Below are positions 57,927 through 64,000 of a stretch of DNA of 64,000 bases, piece after piece. The notes under the pieces are model-generated. The model made no database searches, was not told where the DNA came from, and saw only the letters and a list, made by a program, of their open reading frames with translations. The DNA is taken from the IMG/VR virus record IMGVR_UViG_3300025383_001085. The stretch is one strand, 5' to 3'. Within the stretch, counting starts at the first letter, position 1. The number at the start of each line of letters is the position of its first letter. Made by a program: the position numbers and the translations under genes. Source of the stretch: a virus.

Positions 57927-58942
57927 AGCATTGCTCCGAAAAATTCTTTTAAGCTGATGTTGTAAGCAGCATCAATTTTAACAATATTCTTTTTTAATTC
58001 GTTTGAATCAATATCCACTACAATTTTATAACTTGCAGGACTAAACTGTTTTGGATCGTAGCCAATAACACTACCACCCAGACTACTGCCCAACACCAAT
58101 AACAAATCAGCATTGGTTAGTGCAAAGTTACCGGCACGACTGCCTTTGATGCCCACTGCACCAATACTTAAAGAGTGCGAGTCTGTAATATAGTCTCTCG
58201 CTCCATATGTACTAACAAAAGGCATTTGATACTGTTCGATAAATTCAACAAATTCATCTACGCAATTGGCTTGTCTGATGCCGTAGCCTGCCAATACAAT
58301 AGGCCGTTGACTATTTGCTATGGCAGTTTTAATTGCAGAATAATCTACCGCATTTTTTGCCACTGTGGGCAATGTCGGTGGAGTGTATTCTCTGTAGCGT
58401 GCGGGCATTTCTGCAGTTTGTATGTCTCCGGGAATATCAACCCAAACTGGACCTGGTCTTCCGGCCTGTGCAATATACACCGCATACTGCATAACATACG
58501 CAACATCTTTTACATCAGTGACAAAGTAACTGAATTTGGTCATTGACTTGTAGGTATCAACCACGTGGTGTTCTTGAATACCGTACTTGCGAATGTTAAT
58601 ACCTTGTGTTTGATTGATATAACCACTACAGGTGTTTAGTCTGACATTACCGCTGAGAAACAACACAGGTGTACTGTCTTGCCAAGCATCTAGTACACTG
58701 GTAGCACAGTTGGTGCCAGCACAACCAGTTGTGGGATTGACTACTGACAAACGGCCCGTGTATTTTGCTTCTCCAATGGCAGCATGACCTGCACCCTGTT
58801 CGTGGTGATAACAAATATAACCAATTTGTCCTTGTTTGATAAAGCCATCGTTTAGACCGCTTGCACCACCGCCCATAAGGCCGTGTACACGTTCTACTCC
58901 TTGACTATAAAGATATTCCGCAATCCAATCGCATACTCTCAT
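57923..58942 (-). CDS. TPP-dependent enzyme, N-terminal and middle half; ALS/YerE-like
   Basis: HHEQGAGHAA (catalytic Glu), GRPGPVWVDIP.D, RPIVLAGYG, ADLLLVLGS. Confidence 0.85.
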   Translation of the reverse strand: MRVCDWIAEYLYSQGVERVHGLMGGGASGLNDGFIKQGQIGYICYHHEQGAGHAAIGEAKYTGRLSVVNPTTGCAGTNCATSVLDAWQDSTPVLFLSGNVRLNTCSGYINQTQGINIRKYGIQEHHVVDTYKSMTKFSYFVTDVKDVAYVMQYAVYIAQAGRPGPVWVDIPGDIQTAEMPARYREYTPPTLPTVAKNAVDYSAIKTAIANSQRPIVLAGYGIRQANCVDEFVEFIEQYQMPFVSTYGARDYITDSHSLSIGAVGIKGSRAGNFALTNADLLLVLGSSLGGSVIGYDPKQFSPASYKIVVDIDSNELKKNIVKIDAAYNISLKEFFGAML

Positions 58943-60108
58943 AATTTTTCTGCCCATTGTTTAATTCTTGCAATTGCCGACATTATGCTATTTCTGTCTG
59001 TAGCATAGCATAGTCTAATGTGTCCGGCTCCGTGTTCTCCAAAACAACTGCCTGGAACAGTAACTACCCCAGCTTGATCCATTAGTTGTTCGCATACTTC
59101 AACATCAGTAAGTCCAGTGCCTGTAATATTGGGAAACACATAAAATGCTCCGCCAGGCTTTTGGCAAGAGAATCCAGGCACATTGTTTAGGCCCTCTACC
59201 AATAGATCCCTGCGTTGCTCATAGGTTTTCATCATTGAATATACTGCATCCTGTGGACCACGTATGGCTTCGGTACCTGCACTTTGAATAAAACTACTAA
59301 CGCAACTACTGGTGGTTTGTAACAACTGACTCATACGTTCCATAACTTCAGGGGGACCGATTAGTGCACCTAATCGCCATCCAGTCATAGCAAAGGCCTT
59401 GCTGAATCCATTACTTAATATAACGTGTGTGCGACATTGATCATACTGTGCAGGACTGCTAAAGTCATAGTCATCGTAAATCATACGACTGTAAATTTCA
59501 TCACTGTATAAGTAGATATCTTTTTCTACACAAAGATCGTAGATGTCTTTCAACTCCTGCCGAGTCATTACTGCACCAGTGGGATTGTTGGGACTGTTTA
59601 GAATCAGTAAACGTGTTTTGTCAGTGATACGTGCACGTACATCTGTGGCCTGCATTCTAAATCCGTTTTCCTCTAATAAAGGAACACGAACTGCGTTTAC
59701 TCCGCACATTTTAATTGAACTGTAGTAGGTAGCAAAGCCAGGATCTGGTACCAATACTTCCTCTCCGGGATCGCAAAGTGTAAACACCGCATAGTAAATG
59801 CCAATGTTAGCACCGGGTACTACCAATACTTGATTCAAGTCTGGCATAAACTTTCTACTTTTGTAAGTAGCAGTTCTAATGGTTTCTCTAAACTCCAAGT
59901 CGCCCCAACTGCTGGTATAGTGTGTACGTCCTTCAGCTAACGCTCGAACAGCCGCCATAGTGATGTTTGGTGGTGTGCAGAAATCTGGATCACCAATCTC
60001 CATATGTATCATTGAACGACCTTCAGCTTCTAGCTTACGGGCACGATCTAAATATTTGAACATTGGTTGTCCATCAATGTTCATTGCGGCAGTACTTAAT
60101 TTTTTCAT
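58939..60108 (-). CDS. PLP aminotransferase class I/II
   Basis: NSPNNPTG, SDEIY, GFSKAFAMTGWRLG. Confidence 0.9.
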   Translation of the reverse strand: MKKLSTAAMNIDGQPMFKYLDRARKLEAEGRSMIHMEIGDPDFCTPPNITMAAVRALAEGRTHYTSSWGDLEFRETIRTATYKSRKFMPDLNQVLVVPGANIGIYYAVFTLCDPGEEVLVPDPGFATYYSSIKMCGVNAVRVPLLEENGFRMQATDVRARITDKTRLLILNSPNNPTGAVMTRQELKDIYDLCVEKDIYLYSDEIYSRMIYDDYDFSSPAQYDQCRTHVILSNGFSKAFAMTGWRLGALIGPPEVMERMSQLLQTTSSCVSSFIQSAGTEAIRGPQDAVYSMMKTYEQRRDLLVEGLNNVPGFSCQKPGGAFYVFPNITGTGLTDVEVCEQLMDQAGVVTVPGSCFGEHGAGHIRLCYATDRNSIMSAIARIKQWAEKL

Positions 60109-61424
60109 GTGAATAGACTCATAAAACCATCTACTTTTTCTCCAATGTAAGCAATTTGTTCGGGTGTAATCACCGGACTTGTACCGTGGAAATAAGTATT
60201 TGTCATAGCGTGGGTAGCATTGGGGAAGTTGTTCTTGGCCAACTGTGGATCCATCAAGTGACTGTATGCGGGTTGTAGCATAATATTGCCAGCAAAGTAT
60301 GGACGAGTTTGAATTAGATTCTCTTCGAGATAGTCCACAATGTCACTGCGTTTGAAGTGTTCGCTTGACCTAATGGTAATAGGGAAAGCAAACCAGCTGG
60401 GATCACTCTTGGCCTGGGGCTTGGGAACAATAAAGAATTCTTCGTACTTGCTGTAGATATCATACAGCAATTGATAGTTACGACGGCGCAGTGCGTGAAT
60501 CTCTGGCAGTTTATCCAACTGTTTTAGACCCATAGCACATTGTAGTTCGATTGGTTTTAGGTTATAGCCGATCTCATCGTAAACATACTTGTGGTCGAAT
60601 ATTTCATCAGGTAGTGTTTCAATCCAATTGTTAAAACGCTTGCCGCAAGTACCGCATTTGAGTTTGTTGGCATCTGGTCCAACACAGTAACAACCTCTGC
60701 CCCATTCACGGAAACTGCGAAGTATTACATCTGTATTGGCATCATCTGTAGCAACATATCCGCCTTCGCCCATGGTCATATGGTGTGCAGGATAAAAACT
60801 GCAACTGGCCATTAGACCAAAACTACCCAAGGGCTTGCCATCATAAGTACTGCCCAATGCATCACAACAATCTTCTAGTAGTATAAGATTATACTTGTCG
60901 ACCAACTGCATCAATCGATCCATATTGGGAGGATTACCCAACACGTGGGCAAAAGTAATAACACGAATTTCTGGATCTGCAGCCAATGCTTGTTCAACTG
61001 CATCAAGATCGAGATTCAGAGAATCCAATTCAATATCCACAAACACTGGAGTAAATCCCACTTGTAGTGTAGGGTTTAGTGTAGTGGGAAATCCTGCAAT
61101 AGGCATCAGCACTTTTGTGCCTTTGGGCAGGTTATGTCCTCGCTTGCTGGTTAGTGCACTCATCATTAACAAGTTACTGCTACTACCACTGTTGGTAACA
61201 ATGCCCAACTGTTTACCAAACTGCTTGGGGAATCTACGCTCGAATTTTAATCCAGCATCTCCCATGGCCAGCCAGCCACCTAATAGACTTTCTACACCTG
61301 CGGCATATTCTTCCGCATCATAGTAAGCACCTGCATAGTTGACAAAATCCTTACCAGCAGTCCAAGTTTTCTTTGCAGATTTTTGTTCTGCATATTCACG
61401 CACGAGTTTTAATATTTCTTCCAT
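60105..61424 (-). CDS. rfbH: NDP-4-keto-6-deoxyglucose 3-dehydrase (E1, RfbH/DdhC)
   Basis: NSGSSSN, EDCCDALG, SFYPAHH (His in place of Lys), GCYC...CGTCG Fe-S Cys, DHKYVY..GYNLK. Confidence 0.9.
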   Translation of the reverse strand: MEEILKLVREYAEQKSAKKTWTAGKDFVNYAGAYYDAEEYAAGVESLLGGWLAMGDAGLKFERRFPKQFGKQLGIVTNSGSSSNLLMMSALTSKRGHNLPKGTKVLMPIAGFPTTLNPTLQVGFTPVFVDIELDSLNLDLDAVEQALAADPEIRVITFAHVLGNPPNMDRLMQLVDKYNLILLEDCCDALGSTYDGKPLGSFGLMASCSFYPAHHMTMGEGGYVATDDANTDVILRSFREWGRGCYCVGPDANKLKCGTCGKRFNNWIETLPDEIFDHKYVYDEIGYNLKPIELQCAMGLKQLDKLPEIHALRRRNYQLLYDIYSKYEEFFIVPKPQAKSDPSWFAFPITIRSSEHFKRSDIVDYLEENLIQTRPYFAGNIMLQPAYSHLMDPQLAKNNFPNATHAMTNTYFHGTSPVITPEQIAYIGEKVDGFMSLFT

Positions 61425-61427
61425 TGA

Positions 61428-62372
61428 TCACCAAATAAAGTTGTTCTTGTAGTATTGTACTATCTTCTTCAGCTCTTTGTCAAACTTTGCTTGTGGTTGC
61501 CAGCCCAAAGTTTTGAGTTTAGTATCATCGATACTGTATCTTTGATCCTGTCCCACACGCACCATATCAAAAAGATATTTGGCATAGTCCTTGTCACCGT
61601 TAAAGTATTCGATAATCTTTTGAACTACCACAATGTTTTGCAATTCAGCGTTGCCACTGATGTTGTAGATTTCGTTTTGAACCCCACTGTTGATAATGGT
61701 TAATACTGCACGAGCAGTATCTTCTGCGTGCAACCAAGTGCGAACAGGAAGGCCACGATCGTGTAGATCAATTTGTTTGCCAATGGTCAAATGTTTACAA
61801 CTTTTGGGAATAAGTTTTTCCACATACTGGCCAATGCCATAGTTGTTGGTAGGACGAACAATAACGTATGGTAAGTTAAAAGTTCTTGCCCAAGCCAAAA
61901 TCAACATATCTGCGGCTGCTTTAGTAGCACTATAGGGATTACTGGGTTTTAACAAATCTGTTTCCACGTGACTGCCTTCAAGGATATCACCGTAGACTTC
62001 GTCTGTACTAAAATGCAGTAGTGTGGGCATTTTGTATTTGGCTTTTTCGGTAATCAGCTTCAACAAGTGATGCACTCCGTTTACATTGCTTTTTAAGAAC
62101 ACATCACTGCTCATAATACTGTTATCCACGTGTGTTTCTGCGGCAGTATTAATGATATAATCACACTCATACAGTCTATCCAAATCGTTAATGTCTTTTT
62201 GTATAAACTGGAAATTGGGATTTGCCAAGAACTCATCTAGGAATTTTGTATTACTGGCGTAGGTAATTTTATCCACACCAGTTACATACCATCCTTGTTC
62301 AAGGCAAGCCCGGGTCACGTGGATTCCAATAAATCCCAAGCAACCTGTTACATAAACAACTTTTTTACTCAT
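61428..62372 (-). CDS. rfbB: dTDP-glucose 4,6-dehydratase
   Basis: TGCLGFIG, DKITYAS, AAETHVD, STDEVYG, PYSATKA, EKLIP. Confidence 0.9.
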   Translation of the reverse strand: MSKKVVYVTGCLGFIGIHVTRACLEQGWYVTGVDKITYASNTKFLDEFLANPNFQFIQKDINDLDRLYECDYIINTAAETHVDNSIMSSDVFLKSNVNGVHHLLKLITEKAKYKMPTLLHFSTDEVYGDILEGSHVETDLLKPSNPYSATKAAADMLILAWARTFNLPYVIVRPTNNYGIGQYVEKLIPKSCKHLTIGKQIDLHDRGLPVRTWLHAEDTARAVLTIINSGVQNEIYNISGNAELQNIVVVQKIIEYFNGDKDYAKYLFDMVRVGQDQRYSIDDTKLKTLGWQPQAKFDKELKKIVQYYKNNFIW

Positions 62373-63159
62373 ATTTTTTAATTCCTTTTATTAATCCTTC
62401 TAGTAGGATATCCAAATCTGCCAACACTTGACCATTGCCTGTGTAGTTTTTATTATCAGTGCCAATTACATTAATCTCAGCGTTGGTTATGTGATATCTT
62501 GCAAACAGTTTTAGTTGTTCGCTTAACAGTAATTTGTCTTCGTATACACAATTGATATCTTTGGGCAACACAATATCCTGCAGATAGTAATCAACTACTC
62601 GTGCAAAATCGCTGGCACTGATATAGTCAAAGTACCTATCAGTTACAGCAATTGCTTGTTGTAGCTTAAACTTTTTGAATAGTCTAAATGGGGGATCTGT
62701 GCGGTCAAAGCAACCAAATAATCTAAGATTATAAAAATTGTCTCTGTTGAGAACCATACGGGAAATGGTGTTTTTGGTAAAGCCGTATGACTCCAGTGGA
62801 TGGGAAAGCAGTATCGCAGATTCTGGTTTTTTGTCAATATCTGTACGACGATCAAACTCAGCACCACTACTAATATTTATGTACTTAAAACCACCGGTAT
62901 TGTTGTAAAAGTTAAGAAATATCTGTAGATCACGCTGGACATCCGAATAACTAATATCTTCTATTCCCTGACCACCGCCACTGATAGCACAATTAATAAC
63001 TGCATCAGGTTGTACGGTCATTAGCCATTGGCTAACACTAATGTAGTCAGTGAGATCGAGTATATTTCTTGTGACTTCTATGACTATGTGCTTTTTATTC
63101 AGCCAACGACAGAGAAAAGATCCTAAGAATCCTCTTGCACCTAAAACTGCTATTTTCAT
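62365..63159 (-). CDS. NAD(P)-dependent epimerase/reductase (extended SDR)
   Basis: GARGFLG, INCA, SSGAE, YGFTK. Confidence 0.8.
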   Translation of the reverse strand: MKIAVLGARGFLGSFLCRWLNKKHIVIEVTRNILDLTDYISVSQWLMTVQPDAVINCAISGGGQGIEDISYSDVQRDLQIFLNFYNNTGGFKYINISSGAEFDRRTDIDKKPESAILLSHPLESYGFTKNTISRMVLNRDNFYNLRLFGCFDRTDPPFRLFKKFKLQQAIAVTDRYFDYISASDFARVVDYYLQDIVLPKDINCVYEDKLLLSEQLKLFARYHITNAEINVIGTDNKNYTGNGQVLADLDILLEGLIKGIKKYE

Positions 63160-63929
63160 TTTAGTTCAGTGGCAGGTTCGATTCCCAACGCTTCGTTAAC
63201 CTGTTGCATACAAGCTAGCTTGGTGGGTGCGTGGCGACTGCTGTGCCAATGGATCACTTGTGCATCTTCGTATTTGCAACCGTTCCACTCGTCTTGAGTA
63301 GCTATGCTGGCCCAATTGGGAATCCACTGTGCTTGATAAAACAAGTCAGGACGATGTGCATCTTCCCACTCTAATCCCTGACTCCAGAACATGGTATTAT
63401 GGATGATCTGTTGATTGTTATAGCTGCCCATTCCGTCAGTTGTGTCCCAAGCTGCACGCATTTCACGTTCAATTTCCCACAACTTAGGATCCATATTGCT
63501 GGGATAATACTGTAGATCATTGTTAAACAAGTTATCGAATCGAGCATTATATTGGTTAGGTTCGTACCAGACTTTGGGATCAGTCCAGTTAAACAGTCTG
63601 AATTCATTGAACTCGCCAAACAGTTTTGTAGGCTTAACAAACTGCACGTCAGGTCCGACCCATAGAATGTTGCAGGGTTCACGGTGCCAAAGGTCGTGCA
63701 CACGATCATTATTCAATGGCATTGCGTCATTGATGTGTTCAATTTCTTCATCAAGTACAACATATTCCCAATCACCTTCGAGAAAATGTCTTGCACTGGC
63801 CAAACTGTTCAAACACATCTGTCGATACAGTTCGTAGATATCGCCCTCGTCTTTAGTATCTTTCCAAATCCATTTGGTACTTTTTATTCGGCGGTGAGCA
63901 CACACCACATAGTTTTTTACAGAATTCAT
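63156..63929 (-). CDS. Putative glycosyltransferase-like protein
   Basis: First gene of sugar operon; NILWVGPD (DxD-position variant), IHWHSSR. Confidence 0.4.
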   Translation of the reverse strand: MNSVKNYVVCAHRRIKSTKWIWKDTKDEGDIYELYRQMCLNSLASARHFLEGDWEYVVLDEEIEHINDAMPLNNDRVHDLWHREPCNILWVGPDVQFVKPTKLFGEFNEFRLFNWTDPKVWYEPNQYNARFDNLFNNDLQYYPSNMDPKLWEIEREMRAAWDTTDGMGSYNNQQIIHNTMFWSQGLEWEDAHRPDLFYQAQWIPNWASIATQDEWNGCKYEDAQVIHWHSSRHAPTKLACMQQVNEALGIEPATELK

Positions 63930-64000
63930 TGATTGTTAAGTTATAGTTGATACTATATATATTCGTAATTAACAGTATCAGTGTTAATCCTGAATACATT

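Noticed and set aside
57192-58942. Branched-chain amino-acid acetolactate synthase or pseudogene
   Set aside because: No ilvC/ilvH context; embedded in an NDP-sugar operon; clean coupled split with intact motifs.
1-64000. Alternative genetic code (stop reassignment) as in some jumbo phages
   Set aside because: Conserved genes are full length under code 11 and use TAA, TGA and TAG as stops.

Overview
This is a 64-kb, AT-rich, gene-dense segment of a large T4-like ('jumbo'-type) dsDNA myovirus genome in the standard genetic code. Almost all genes lie on the - strand, driven by sigma70-type promoters (TTGACA-17-TATAAT) and T4-late-like TA(TA)AATA promoters. IscU/IscA/ErpA sequences suggest a betaproteobacterial host. 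Contents from left to right: (1) a host-envelope island with a secreted Asn/Thr-rich protein, two 4-Cys paralogs, a Pho-box-preceded plcP-rimK-agt lipid-remodelling operon, a DUF4214-like surface protein and a beta-barrel porin; (2) exonuclease, ClpS, and Hsp20 with a ROSE-like thermometer; (3) a glycosyltransferase/methyltransferase pair, small early genes, a SleB hydrolase and PAAR; (4) class Ia RNR with glutaredoxin; (5) an iscA-metallothionein-like-iscU-erpA Fe-S cassette; (6) putative head-internal proteins, helicase and primase; (7) collagen/IPT tail-fibre genes; (8) a miniature DnaE-like protein, a gp62-like protein, UvsW and an AAA ATPase; (9) an NDP-sugar operon (RfbB, RfbH/E1, aminotransferase, split YerE-like TPP enzyme). 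The best candidate for an undescribed system is the phage-encoded, apparently PhoB-controlled phospholipid-to-glycolipid remodelling operon with an inserted ATP-grasp ligase. All family calls come from motif recognition by eye; no database searches were run. No tRNA, rRNA, CRISPR array, integrase or reverse transcriptase was recognised.
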